DNA from: an uncultured Phycisphaerales bacterium
GTDB lineage: Bacteria; Planctomycetota; Phycisphaerae; Tepidisphaerales; Tepidisphaeraceae
Assembly (NCBI GenBank): GCA_963758525.1
Contig: CAVWVQ010000003.1
Location: 2,880,001 to 2,944,000 of the forward strand
DNA: 64,000 bases
Reading direction: 5' to 3'
In this document: positions 9,675 through 19,784 of the stretch, piece after piece
How positions within the stretch are numbered: position 1 is the stretch's first letter
How the letters are laid out: every line of letters begins with the position of its first letter
The notes under the pieces: generated by a model
Databases searched by the model: none
The model's input: the letters and a program-made list of their open reading frames with translations, nothing else
Told to the model about the DNA's origin: nothing
Position numbers and translations under genes: made by a program

Positions 9675-10652
9675 TCAAAATCCGGCCGCCGGCGCGAATT
9701 TTCCGATCAGCACGCCCGCCGCGAACACCAGGGCTCCGCCGAGCATCACTTGCACGGCGGCGGTGACGAGCGGCGAATCCATGTAGCGATGGCGGATCCA
9801 GGAAATGACGCACAGCTCAATCGCCACGATCACGACGGCGATCGCCGTCGCAATTCGGAAGCTGCGGAGCAGATAGGGCAACGTATGACCGAGCCCGCCG
9901 GCGGCGGTCATCGCCCCGCAGACAACGCCGCGCAGCAGCGGCTTTCCCCGGCCGCTGAGCGTGCCATCATCCGACAGCGCCTCGGCAAAGCCCATTGAGA
10001 TGCCTGCTCCGACCGAGGCGGCCAGCCCGGTGATCAGCGCGTCCCGGCTGTCTTTGGTTGCGAACGCGATCGCGAACAGCGGGGCGAGCGTCGAAACCGA
10101 TCCGTCCATCAGCCCCGCGAGCCCAGGCTGGACGATCTGCAGCACGAACATCCGCCGTCGCGCCACGTCCTCCTCATCGCGCACTTCCGGCGGGAGGTGC
10201 TCCTTCTCCAATTCCCCCGCGCGGCTGGCGTGTTGCCGTTCAATCTCCGCCAGGTCGCCCAGCAGCTTGCGCACCTGTGCATCCTGCGAGTGCTGGGCGG
10301 CATGCTCGTAAAATCTTCGAGTTTCGTACTCCATTGACTCGGCGCGCTTCCGCATCGCGTCGAGACCCAACTGCTGAGTCAGCCAGACCGGCTTGCGCTT
10401 GATGAAGCCCTTCACGTCCTGCCTGCGAATCAGCGGAATGTGGTCCCCAAAACGCTGGCGATAAAGATCGAGCAGCATGCGGCGGTGCTCGTCTTCCTCG
10501 GCCATCATTTTCTTGAACACCTCGGCGCTCGCCGGGTAGGTGGTCCGGAGCCGATCGGCAAATTCGCCGTAGATGCGCCCGTCTTCATCTTCCGATGCAA
10601 TTGCCAGCGCCAGGATCTCCTGCTCGGTGAGATGCTTGAATGCTTTAGCCAT
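9675..10652 (-). CDS. mbfA: iron exporter MbfA (rubrerythrin-like domain plus VIT1/CCC1 domain)
   Basis: LTEQEILALAIASEDEDGRIY, EEDEHRR, VQPGLAGLMDGSVSTLAP and GAGISMGFAEALSDDG are MbfA signatures. Confidence 0.9.
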   Translation of the reverse strand: MAKAFKHLTEQEILALAIASEDEDGRIYGEFADRLRTTYPASAEVFKKMMAEEDEHRRMLLDLYRQRFGDHIPLIRRQDVKGFIKRKPVWLTQQLGLDAMRKRAESMEYETRRFYEHAAQHSQDAQVRKLLGDLAEIERQHASRAGELEKEHLPPEVRDEEDVARRRMFVLQIVQPGLAGLMDGSVSTLAPLFAIAFATKDSRDALITGLAASVGAGISMGFAEALSDDGTLSGRGKPLLRGVVCGAMTAAGGLGHTLPYLLRSFRIATAIAVVIVAIELCVISWIRHRYMDSPLVTAAVQVMLGGALVFAAGVLIGKFAPAAGF

Positions 10653-10732
10653 GATTCGGCATATCATATCCAGCGCAGAGTGAAAGGCGCGCGAAGTTGC
10701 GGAATCCATCACGGCGCGGTCTGATTGCCCGC

Positions 10733-11299
10733 ATGATTCAATTGAGACATTTCCGCCTGCTCTTGACGATCGGAGTCGCAAGCACTTGCCTGTCGTGCGC
10801 AAAAGATCCCAATTACTACTCGAAGGTTTCCGATGTCGGCGAAGGGGGCCGGGGATACACGATCACGCGAATTCCCATCGAGAAGCCGGCAGTTGCGCCG
10901 ACAGCGCCTCTGCCGCCCGGCGACGCGACCGTTCATGAAACCGGCGTTCGCAAGTCTCAGACGCAATGGATGACCGCGCTGAAGGAACATTCGCCGTTCG
11001 ATCTGTCGGATCTGATGGAGGATCGCTTTACCCTCGTCGGCCCCGACGGGAGCACGCTCGGCAAGGATGAATTCGTCGCGCTCGTCCGCGACGGCCGGCT
11101 GGTGGTTCAATCCGAAGACATCGAAGAATCGTCCGTGGCCGAGTATGGCAACGCCGCGATCATGAACGGCATCGTCAAGATTCAGGCCACGAATGACGGC
11201 AATGACATCAGCGGCTCCTACCGCTTCGTGGACACATGGATCTGGAAGAGTGGAAAGTGGAAGAAGGCGTCGGCGGTCTTTTTGAGCATCAAGGAATGA
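10733..11299 (+). CDS. lipoprotein with NTF2-like/DUF4440 domain
   Basis: Signal peptide ending LSC; C-terminal FTLVGPDG..LGKDEF, YGNAAI, YRFVDTW pattern. Confidence 0.75.
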   Translation: MIQLRHFRLLLTIGVASTCLSCAKDPNYYSKVSDVGEGGRGYTITRIPIEKPAVAPTAPLPPGDATVHETGVRKSQTQWMTALKEHSPFDLSDLMEDRFTLVGPDGSTLGKDEFVALVRDGRLVVQSEDIEESSVAEYGNAAIMNGIVKIQATNDGNDISGSYRFVDTWIWKSGKWKKASAVFLSIKE

Positions 11300-12006
11300 A
11301 CACCGCCCACGGCTCCCTGCATCGCCGGGTTCTGCTCGTCTGGATGCTGGCATTGACCACCGGCGCTTCGCTGGGGCTGCAACTGGTCCGCCAGGCCTGG
11401 ACCCGGGAAGGGCGATTCTGGAACATCGCCTGGGACCTTTTCCTCGCATGGGTTCCCCTCGCGGCGGCGGTCGCGCTGGAATGGATTCATCGCAGCCATC
11501 CGCGGCGCAACTGGGCGCTGCTGGCGGCGCTGGCCATCCTCTGGCTTCTCTTTTTCCCCAACGCCCCGTATCTCGTCACCGAATTCGTTCATCTCGGTCC
11601 GCAGCCGCAGCGTGACGCCGTCTGGTGGTGCGACCTGGTCGTCATCCTCCTGATCGCCTGGAACGGCGTCCTCCTGGGCTTTGCGTCGCTCTATCTCGTG
11701 CAACAAGTGATCCGCGAACACCTCGGCGCATCCGCAAGCTGGTTCGTCGCGACGGCATGCCTCGCCCTGGCAAGTCTGGGAATATCGATGGGCCGATTCG
11801 AGCGCCTCAACAGTTGGGACGCGATCGTGCATCCCCGCACGATTGTCCGCTGCTTCCGCCGGTTCGAGGACCCGCATATGTTTGCCCGCAATGTGGGGCT
11901 GGCGGTGCTGCTGGGAGGGATGCTGCTGCTGGAGTATGTAACACTGGCGGCGTTGATCGCAGCGGTGAGTGGGGGTCGCGCACGGACGCTTCTGGAAGAG
12001 CAGTGA
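11296..12006 (+). CDS. DUF1361 family membrane protein
   Basis: WDLFLAWVP, WLLFFPNAPYLVTE.VHL and GRFERLNSWD motifs; start overlaps the previous stop (ATGA). Confidence 0.85.
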   Translation: MNTAHGSLHRRVLLVWMLALTTGASLGLQLVRQAWTREGRFWNIAWDLFLAWVPLAAAVALEWIHRSHPRRNWALLAALAILWLLFFPNAPYLVTEFVHLGPQPQRDAVWWCDLVVILLIAWNGVLLGFASLYLVQQVIREHLGASASWFVATACLALASLGISMGRFERLNSWDAIVHPRTIVRCFRRFEDPHMFARNVGLAVLLGGMLLLEYVTLAALIAAVSGGRARTLLEEQ

Positions 12007-12048
12007 GTTTGGGCTCGCGGATTGTCCTCGAACCGTCGTCCGTGTGTC

Positions 12049-13569
12049 TCAATCCACAAAATTCCAAAGCGTGTAATACGCCACGTTGTGCAGCAACGGC
12101 TGCTTGTCTGCGGATCTGACGCCATCGGTATGCAGCTCGTGAACGGCGCCGATTTGAAGGCCGTCGACCGCCAGATGAACGGATTTCCCATCGGCGCTGA
12201 CGGTCGCGGATTTGATCGTCGGCGTCGTGGGATCGACTTCGGGGCTGCCGTATTCAGATCGGTAGATGTAGCGGAAGGTGTTCATTTTGTAGCTGGCGAT
12301 GTCGCCGGCGCTGGCTTTGTCGACCGGCTCGGTGAACGTGATGTCAAACCCATTGTGCGCGAGCTGCACGTTGTACATCTCAAACGGCAGCTTCCCGGTC
12401 CAGACGAGGCGTTCGAGCGCGAAGAGCCTGGGCCCGACCGACCCCCAGCCGCGATTGGTGCCGCCGACGAAAAATGAGCCGTCGGGCGCCTGGATCATGG
12501 GGACGATCCCGGAGGCGAAGCCTTCGCGGAACGGGAAGCAGACGCCCTGATAGCGTCCCTTCACGGTCTGCAAGACGAACCGGCCGATGTTGCTGTGATG
12601 CTGATCGGCGCAAAAGATCTGATGTTCGAATGGTCCGAATTTTCCGCCGCTCATGTCGCAGACGATCCCGCTCTGTGACTGCCCAAGCTTTTCGTACGGC
12701 TGGAGGATCGGCGGCGGAAGGTATTCGGAGATCTTCTGCGCTTCGATATAAATCCGGCTCTGGCTCTGCGGATCGGGCGGTCGCGTCCCCATGTTGGGAG
12801 CCAGCGAATACCACTTGTTGCCGATCGGATGGCCCTGAAACGATCCCGGCACCAGGTAATGCAGTGCGTCTGCGCCGTTCCATGGCCCCTGGTTTTCGCT
12901 GTAAAACATCTCCCCCTTCTCGTTCATGCCGATGCCGCCAGGCGAGCGGATTCCGGAGCAGGTTGGGATTGCCTTTCCGTCAGGCGTGATGCGCAGGCAC
13001 CACCCGCGAAACGGCGAGTCGCTGGTGAACGATCCGGTGAGCGTGAGGAGCACCCAGAGGTTTCCCTCGCGATCGAACTTCGACATGAAGGCATATTCGT
13101 GATAGTCGCCGTTGATGCCCCAGGTGTCGCAGAAAGTTTCATAGACGTTGGCATGGCCGCGGCCGTCGCTGTCTTTGAGGCGGGTGACTTCGCCGCGCTG
13201 AATCGCATACATCCAACCATCGCGGTAGGCGAGGCCGAGGCACTCGTGCAATCCGGTTGCCCAGCGTTTGAAGGTGACGTTTTTTGGATCGCCGTAGGCG
13301 TTCTCGACAAGATAAATGTCGCCGTGCCGGGTGCCGACAAAGAGTTTCCCGTCCGCCAGGACTTCCGTTCCGCCGCATTCCAGTTCGATGCCGTCGGGAA
13401 TGGGGAATGTGATGATCTTGTAATATTCCGCCTCGGCCTTCGCGTCCGATGCGCCGCTGGCCGTTCCCTTTGCGCCCGCGAAGGATCCGCCAGGAAGCAT
13501 CAGGAGAAGAACGAGGATCGACGAAAGGGAGCATGCACTTTTTTCAGTCGCGAGATTCGAGCTATTCAC
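12049..13569 (-). CDS. exported beta-propeller protein (glucose/sorbosone dehydrogenase-like), partner of the cytochrome c
   Basis: Signal peptide; WATGLHECLGL, GDYHEYAF, SGIRSPGG, ENQGPW motifs; overlaps the stop of the cytochrome gene. Confidence 0.75.
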   Translation of the reverse strand: MNSSNLATEKSACSLSSILVLLLMLPGGSFAGAKGTASGASDAKAEAEYYKIITFPIPDGIELECGGTEVLADGKLFVGTRHGDIYLVENAYGDPKNVTFKRWATGLHECLGLAYRDGWMYAIQRGEVTRLKDSDGRGHANVYETFCDTWGINGDYHEYAFMSKFDREGNLWVLLTLTGSFTSDSPFRGWCLRITPDGKAIPTCSGIRSPGGIGMNEKGEMFYSENQGPWNGADALHYLVPGSFQGHPIGNKWYSLAPNMGTRPPDPQSQSRIYIEAQKISEYLPPPILQPYEKLGQSQSGIVCDMSGGKFGPFEHQIFCADQHHSNIGRFVLQTVKGRYQGVCFPFREGFASGIVPMIQAPDGSFFVGGTNRGWGSVGPRLFALERLVWTGKLPFEMYNVQLAHNGFDITFTEPVDKASAGDIASYKMNTFRYIYRSEYGSPEVDPTTPTIKSATVSADGKSVHLAVDGLQIGAVHELHTDGVRSADKQPLLHNVAYYTLWNFVD

Positions 13570-16370
13570 CAGTTCACCTCCGCCTGGAACGTCGCTTCAT
13601 TATTTTGGAATGTGATCGGAATCAATAGTTGCTGAATCGGCCCGCCGGAGCGAACCACCGGCTGCAGGCCGGGCGCGTCGATCTTCACGGAGTACTGATC
13701 GCCCACCGACCAAACCCCCGGCGATTTGGATTCGATCTTCGGACCGCTCGCGGCCAGAAAGTACATGCCCGCAACCGGTTGCTTCGCAGTCAGATGGAAC
13801 TTGCGGACCAGGGATACGGACTTGGCCACCTCGGGAATCGGCTGCTCCTCGATGAGCACGTCGTTGAGAATGTAATGGAACGCCGGTCGTTCCAGTTTGT
13901 CCAGAACGTATCCCTTGTATTGGCCGCCGATGTTGCGCTCGCCGGGCACGACCTTGGGCCATTCCGCGGCCGGGCTTGCGAGCACGGCAAATGCGGGACC
14001 GTCGGGCATGTGCAGGATGTCGGCGCCCAGCGGGCCCAGCGCCTTGCCGCCGCGACCGTCCCATTGCCCCCTGGCATCGAAGAATCTGCCCCGCCACGCA
14101 ACCGCAAGACGCACGGCATCGGCATCAAAGCCGACGCTCATCTGCTCGGGATAGCCGACGAGCACCGCGCGGACGCCGATCTTGCCCGGCACGAATAAGC
14201 CTGGCTCGACGAAGGTGCGATGGACGATCGGTTGATCGATCGGGACCAGTTCGAACCCGTTTGACGGCGCCAGCCCGGCGGGGAGTGCCATGCGGTCGCC
14301 CTGCGAGAGATAGTCCCAGATCGCGTCGATTTGCCCTTCCATCGTGCCCCCGGCGATGTCCTTGTAGGCGACGTCGCCATGATCCCAGAAGGACGGCATG
14401 CGTGTCGCGCGGTTCAGCTTCGCCGGATTCTCCAGGAGTTTTGCGAACCAGTCATGACGGAGCCGGGCATGGACTGTGCTGAGATCGATCGCGGGCATCC
14501 CCAGCGATTTCGCTCCGCTCACCCCATGACAGTTCACGCACCCCAGCCCGCGCGTTCCCACCAGCTTGCGCCCGTCGCTGGCGGTCTTTTCTGCGTACGC
14601 GGGCGACGCGTCGGGCGCCGGGCCGTCGGTTTGTTCAAGAGCGGCAGTCAGTCCGGCGAGGCGGTCGCTGCTGAACATCGGCATGCGCGTTGCCAGCACG
14701 GGGCGCACGTGCAGTTTTCCCTGAAAGACGATCTGGTCGATCGCATCGGGCAACAGCTTTGCGCCGACGTTGGTCAGGCGCGGCGGGAGCCGGCCTTCGT
14801 CGCCCATGTCAAATTCCGCGGTCATCGTGAAGAAGTCAACCCGATCCGGCGCCGGCCCGCCGACGCCATCACGGGTATGGCAGGCGTAGCAGTTCATCTT
14901 TGCCACGTCGCGATGTACCTGCTCCGCCGGAGAGAGGGCGGCTGACAGCGCCGTCTTATCCTTCAGCGCCGCGGAAATGGCCGCAACCTGATCGGTTCGC
15001 AGATCATATTTGGGCGCATCTTTTCCCGCTTGCGCGGCGAGACAACCAGCCGGTGAGCCCGGATCGAGCAAGGCAAGCCCCTTGGCGGAGCTGCCAGGCT
15101 TGAGGCCCTGCAAATTGTGACACGCTGCGCAACCCAGCGTCTGGAACAGCTCACGACCATGCCCGGCCTTTTGCTCGTCGACGGTGAACTGCTCACTCTG
15201 CAACGGAAGCAGCGGGGCTCCGATGCTGGAGAGGATTCGCGCCGGGATTGCCTGCTTCTTGATGTGCGGCCCCTGCCATTGAACGCTGAGCGAGAAACCG
15301 GCGGAGGCTTGGAAAAACGTCACATCGATCGCATGATCGCCGGCAGCGAGTTGGACGACTCCGGACTTCTCCGTCACCCCATGCCCGCCGTCATTGTCGA
15401 CTACTTCCTTCTGATCGATATACAGCCGCGAACCATCGTCGGAAGCCGTGAAAAACGTATACTTGCCCGCCTTGGCGATGGAGATGACGCCGCTGAATTT
15501 CACCGCAAAATTGATCTCCGGCAGCTTGGGAATTTCAAGGGAGAAGGTGCTGAGAGTTCCGTTGGAAGCCGACTGCAGCTTTTCGAACGTCTCGATTCGC
15601 GCATCGGCCGGGCGCGCCAGGTAGAGGTCATACCGCACCCCCGGCACGCGGGCCGGCTTGGCGCCGGCGGCCTGGGGATTGGTGATCTGATCGCGCAACA
15701 GATAGACCGCGATGCTCTGAGCCTCGCCGCGGCTCAACAGCAAGTTGGGCATCCGCCCGGCGGGGCGGTCCTTTGTCGGATCGAGCAGAAACAACGTCAG
15801 TTTTTCAATCGTCGTCTTCATCGCCAAATTTGCCAGCGGCACGGAAGGAACCGTCAGGTTGCCTTTCTTCTCTGGCGCATGGCAGGCGACGCATCCGACG
15901 GTGTGAAACAACTTGCGTCCAGCTTCGACCGTCTTCTCATCGGATGGCGCCGCCGTGGGAATGACAGGACCTCCAAGCGACACCAGAAAATGCGTGAGCG
16001 CTTCGACATCCTGCTGCCTGGCATCGGCGTCGAGGTCGCGAAGCAGATCGGGCATCGTGGTGCCGGGCTTGATCGCGTGCGGGTCGGAGAGAAACGTGCG
16101 CAGATATTGCGAGGTGATGCGCGATCCGGCCGCGCTCAGATCGGGCGCACCTTTTCGATCGATCCGCGGGCTGTCCGTCTGATGGCATGCGGTGCAGTTG
16201 AGTTCCCCCAGCAGCAATTCGCCGGAGCTGGCCGCATCAGGCGGCTTGGGCGCGTGCTCAAGCTGCTCGTAGCCGGGAACGATCGGCGGCGATTGAGCCG
16301 CCAGTGTCGCAGAACTCAGCAGAACAGTGAAAAAACAGCCGGCAATCACACCGCGACCGAATATTTGCAT
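13566..16370 (-). CDS. multiheme c-type cytochrome with PA14 domain
   Basis: Five CxxCH motifs (CTACH, CVACH, CAACH, CYACH, CVNCH); PA14 motif YTFFTASDDGSRLYID..VVDNDGGHG; signal peptide from ATG 16370. Confidence 0.9.
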   Translation of the reverse strand: MQIFGRGVIAGCFFTVLLSSATLAAQSPPIVPGYEQLEHAPKPPDAASSGELLLGELNCTACHQTDSPRIDRKGAPDLSAAGSRITSQYLRTFLSDPHAIKPGTTMPDLLRDLDADARQQDVEALTHFLVSLGGPVIPTAAPSDEKTVEAGRKLFHTVGCVACHAPEKKGNLTVPSVPLANLAMKTTIEKLTLFLLDPTKDRPAGRMPNLLLSRGEAQSIAVYLLRDQITNPQAAGAKPARVPGVRYDLYLARPADARIETFEKLQSASNGTLSTFSLEIPKLPEINFAVKFSGVISIAKAGKYTFFTASDDGSRLYIDQKEVVDNDGGHGVTEKSGVVQLAAGDHAIDVTFFQASAGFSLSVQWQGPHIKKQAIPARILSSIGAPLLPLQSEQFTVDEQKAGHGRELFQTLGCAACHNLQGLKPGSSAKGLALLDPGSPAGCLAAQAGKDAPKYDLRTDQVAAISAALKDKTALSAALSPAEQVHRDVAKMNCYACHTRDGVGGPAPDRVDFFTMTAEFDMGDEGRLPPRLTNVGAKLLPDAIDQIVFQGKLHVRPVLATRMPMFSSDRLAGLTAALEQTDGPAPDASPAYAEKTASDGRKLVGTRGLGCVNCHGVSGAKSLGMPAIDLSTVHARLRHDWFAKLLENPAKLNRATRMPSFWDHGDVAYKDIAGGTMEGQIDAIWDYLSQGDRMALPAGLAPSNGFELVPIDQPIVHRTFVEPGLFVPGKIGVRAVLVGYPEQMSVGFDADAVRLAVAWRGRFFDARGQWDGRGGKALGPLGADILHMPDGPAFAVLASPAAEWPKVVPGERNIGGQYKGYVLDKLERPAFHYILNDVLIEEQPIPEVAKSVSLVRKFHLTAKQPVAGMYFLAASGPKIESKSPGVWSVGDQYSVKIDAPGLQPVVRSGGPIQQLLIPITFQNNEATFQAEVNW

Positions 16371-16523
16371 CAATGTACGCTCCGCCAGTCCGGGGTGCTC
16401 TATAAGGATCCGCGGGAGAATAATACCTCGGCACTTTCGCTCGTCCAAATTATTCGCTGGAATAACGAGGAACATCGGCGGGTTGTAGCGATGACGAACC
16501 ACTTTTCTCACGAAAGGATCTTC

Positions 16524-16781
16524 ATGAAGAAGGCATCGCGCATCACATCAACGTTGGCCCTCGCGGCCATGACTGGGCTGGTTGCCGGGGCTGGCATGTC
16601 GCTGGTTGGTTGTTCCAACGGCACTTCTGCTGGAATGAACGCTGGCGACAAGGCGACTGCGCCGCACGATTGCAAAGGGACCAACGACTGCAAGGGGAAG
16701 GGCGGCTGCAAGACCGGTGACAACGGCTGCAAAGGGAAGAACTCCTGCAAGGGTCAGGGCGGCTGCAAAGTCGCTGCCTGA
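16524..16781 (+). CDS. small Cys-rich lipoprotein, BufA2/bufferin-like precursor
   Basis: GAAAGGA RBS; signal peptide with LVGC lipobox; two CKGxNxCKGxGGC repeats; 85 aa. Confidence 0.8.
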   Translation: MKKASRITSTLALAAMTGLVAGAGMSLVGCSNGTSAGMNAGDKATAPHDCKGTNDCKGKGGCKTGDNGCKGKNSCKGQGGCKVAA

Positions 16782-16813
16782 TCGCGAATCCGCCGGAGCA
16801 TCACGAATACCGT

Positions 16814-16860
16814 CGCGCTGTGCTGCGGCAAATGCCGCGGCACAGCGCGGCATTTTCGTT
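16814..16860 (+). terminator. probable rho-independent terminator
   Basis: ~16-bp stem CGCGCTGTGCTGCGGCA / TGCCGCGGCACAGCGCG followed by GCATTTTCGTT. Confidence 0.55.
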
Positions 16861-16966
16861 CGCTGCGCGGATGCTCCCGCTTTAGAGTGGTTTCGTCACG
16901 TTCTCATCACTTCGCCCGCGATGCGCTCGCCATCCATCACGACGGTTCGGCTATCATCCACCCTGC

Positions 16967-18224
16967 ATGGGCCTGTTTGAAATCACCACGCTGGTGATCG
17001 TCCTGACGGCGGTCTTCAGCTATCTGAACGCGCGGTACATTCGGCTGCCGACCACCATCGGAGTCATGGCGATCTCGTTGACGGTCTCGCTTGGACTGCT
17101 CGGACTCGGCGAAGTGTGGCCGGCGTTTCGACTGCAGGCTTCCGCGCTGGTCGCGCATATCGATTTCAATCGCGTGCTGTTCCACGGGATGCTTGCATTT
17201 CTGCTCTTTGCCGGCGCAACACCTCCAACTGGAGGAATTACGGCGGCAGTTGATACCGGTCACGCTCCTTGCCGTGTTTGGAACGATCATCTCCATGTTC
17301 CTCATCGGCATTCTCGCGTTCCAGGCGATGCGATTCGGCGGCGTGCAGATTCCGCTCGTCTGGTGCCTGCTCTTTGGGGCGCTGATATCCCCGACCGATC
17401 CGATTGCCGTCGTCGGGGTGATGCAAAAGCTCAAGGCGCCGCCCTCGCTCGAGGCGCAGATCGCCGGAGAATCGCTCTTCAACGATGGCGTTGGGATCGT
17501 GTTTTACAGCGCGCTGGCGGTGTCCGTAGGCGCGGGAGTCACGCCGTCCGCGATGCACATCGTCCGCATGGCGGCTCAGGAGTCTTTTGGGGGGATTGCC
17601 GTCGGACTGGTGAGCGGTGTTTTCATCAATTGGATGCTGAGGCGCGTGGACGACTATAAGGTGGAGCTGCTGCTGAGCCTGGCCTTGGCGATGGGGAGCT
17701 ACGTGCTGGGCGATCTTCTGCACGTCTCGGGGCCGATCTGCACGGTGGTGGCGGGGCTGATGATCGGCAACTATGGTCGCTTCTCGGGAATGTCCGAAGC
17801 GAGCCGGCAGAATTTCGACACATTCTGGGAACTGCTCGACGAAGTCCTCAACGCGGCCCTGTTCGTCCTGATCGGCCTGCAAGTGCTGGCCATCCCGCGG
17901 GGAAGAATTTACCTCATCGCGGCCTTGTTATGCGTACCGGTCGCCCTGATTGCCCGTGGCGCCAGCGTGGGGGGAATGGTGACGCTGCTGCGCCTGTCGC
18001 GACCGATCCGTCCCGGCACGATCCGCATTCTCACCTGGGGCGGGTTGCGCGGCGGGGTGTCGATGGCCTTGGCCCTGTCGATCGCGCCAGGGCCGTACCG
18101 GGAGCCGATCATTCTCGCGACGTACGCAATCGTCGTCTCGTCGATTCTGGTGCAGGGACTGACGGTGGGGAAGCTGGTGGCGCGAATGGAGCGCAGACCG
18201 AATCCGAGCGATAAACCCGAATGA
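16967..18224 (+). CDS. CPA1 (NhaP-like) Na+/H+ antiporter, frameshifted near 17218
   Basis: GMLAFLLFAGA then LFGALISPTDPIAV, IAGESLFNDG, TWGGLRGGVSMALAL. Confidence 0.9.
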
Positions 18225-18280
18225 CGAAACCCCAAACCAGAATCGAATGTATTCAAATCCGAATGACCGAAGGACGAAAT
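18215..18280. repeat. degenerate heptamer repeat (CGAATGA-like)
   Basis: CCCGAATGACGAAACCCC...ATCGAATG...TCCGAATGACCGAAGGACGAAAT. Confidence 0.45.
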
Positions 18281-18308
18281 GGAAATCCGCCGTTGTAAGA
18301 TGGCGGCG

Positions 18309-19784
18309 ATGTCGCTTCGGCGAAAAATGTCCCTCCAGATCGCGGCGACGATCGCCGGGCTGCTGCTGACCATCGCGGCGTCGCTCTGGGGGCTCAATGG
18401 TCTGCGCCAGGATTACGGCCTGGCATTGACGGGATACAGCGATCTCCGCCGGGTGTTCGAGGCGGGGTCGCATCTGGCGACGGCGCGCGCCCTGCTCGCG
18501 CCGCAGGGCGCGAATCGGGGGCGGGCGCTGACGGAAGTGCAGACGGCGGCGGACATGTTTCAAATGTTCGATGCCGCGGCAACCGGCGGTGCATCGCCGT
18601 TGCCATTGTCGAACGTCGCCCCGGTGAACGCCGCGCTGCGTGATGCGGTGGAACAGCTTGGCGCTCCCGCAGGCGGCGCGGATGCCGATTTAAAAGCGGT
18701 CGCGCGGGCGCTGGGACGCGTCGGAGATTTGGCGGCGGAGATACGGCAGCGCATTCAGGCCAGCCAGGATGCGGCACGCGACAAACGCCGGGCGACCGTC
18801 ACGGCCATGGGCGTGGTCTCGGCGCTGGCGGTGCTCGGCGCAGTCCTGCTGGGAATCTGGCAGTATCGCGGAGTCATCATTCCGCTGGCCCGCCTCAATC
18901 TAGGCGTGCGCAAAGTCGCGCGCGGGCATTTCTCGCAGCGCGTCGAGGTGAAGGGAAACGACGAGATCGCATCGCTCGCGGCGGATTTCAACCGCATGGC
19001 CGGCGAACTCGACGACTTCTATCAGCAGCTCGAACGCAAAGTAGCGCAGACCAGCCGCGATCTGGTCCGATCCGAACGGCTCGCCAGCGTCGGCTATCTT
19101 GCGGCGGGTGTCGCGCACGAAATCAACAACCCCCTTGGAATCATCAGCGGCTACGCGGAGATGTCGCTGGAGCAGCTCAAGCGATCGCCCTGCGGGAACG
19201 GCGAAATCGCCGGGGCGCTGCAGGTGATCTGCGACGAGGCGTTTCGCTGCAAGGATATCATCGCCAAATTGCTCAGCCTTTCTCGCGCTGGAGAAGACAG
19301 CCGGTCGCCGGTGGATCTGGCTGCGGTGACACGGGAGGTGGTTGGCATGATGGCCGGCTTACGCGATTATCGCGATCGGAAGATCGACGTCGCGGCCTCG
19401 GCGCCCAAGAATCTCATGGTGCGGGCCAATGAGGTGGAAATGAAACAAGTCGTGCTGAATCTGCTCGTCAACGCGCTGGAAGCGTCACCGGCCCAGACAG
19501 GCGAAGTGCGCGTGGAACTCACGGCCGACGAAAATCTCGTGCGGCTGGTGGTGAGCGATAACGGGAAAGGGATGAGTGCCCAGACTGCGGCGCGCGCGTT
19601 CGAGCCGTTCTTCACCGAAAAGAAGGGCGCGCTGCAGCCGGGGACGGGGCTGGGCCTGTCGATCACGCATGCGATTGTGGAAAGCCATGGCGGACGCATC
19701 CGCGCCGAGAGCGACGGACCCGGCCGGGGAAGCCGGTTCGTCGTTGAACTGCCGGCGGCGCAGCCGGTGGGGGAGGTGGCATGA
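18309..19784 (+). CDS. HAMP-domain sensor histidine kinase
   Basis: Two TM helices, HAMP (DEIASLAADFNRM), H-box LAAGVAHEINNPL, N/G boxes (NLLVNA, DNGKGM, GTGLGL). Confidence 0.95.
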   Translation: MSLRRKMSLQIAATIAGLLLTIAASLWGLNGLRQDYGLALTGYSDLRRVFEAGSHLATARALLAPQGANRGRALTEVQTAADMFQMFDAAATGGASPLPLSNVAPVNAALRDAVEQLGAPAGGADADLKAVARALGRVGDLAAEIRQRIQASQDAARDKRRATVTAMGVVSALAVLGAVLLGIWQYRGVIIPLARLNLGVRKVARGHFSQRVEVKGNDEIASLAADFNRMAGELDDFYQQLERKVAQTSRDLVRSERLASVGYLAAGVAHEINNPLGIISGYAEMSLEQLKRSPCGNGEIAGALQVICDEAFRCKDIIAKLLSLSRAGEDSRSPVDLAAVTREVVGMMAGLRDYRDRKIDVAASAPKNLMVRANEVEMKQVVLNLLVNALEASPAQTGEVRVELTADENLVRLVVSDNGKGMSAQTAARAFEPFFTEKKGALQPGTGLGLSITHAIVESHGGRIRAESDGPGRGSRFVVELPAAQPVGEVA

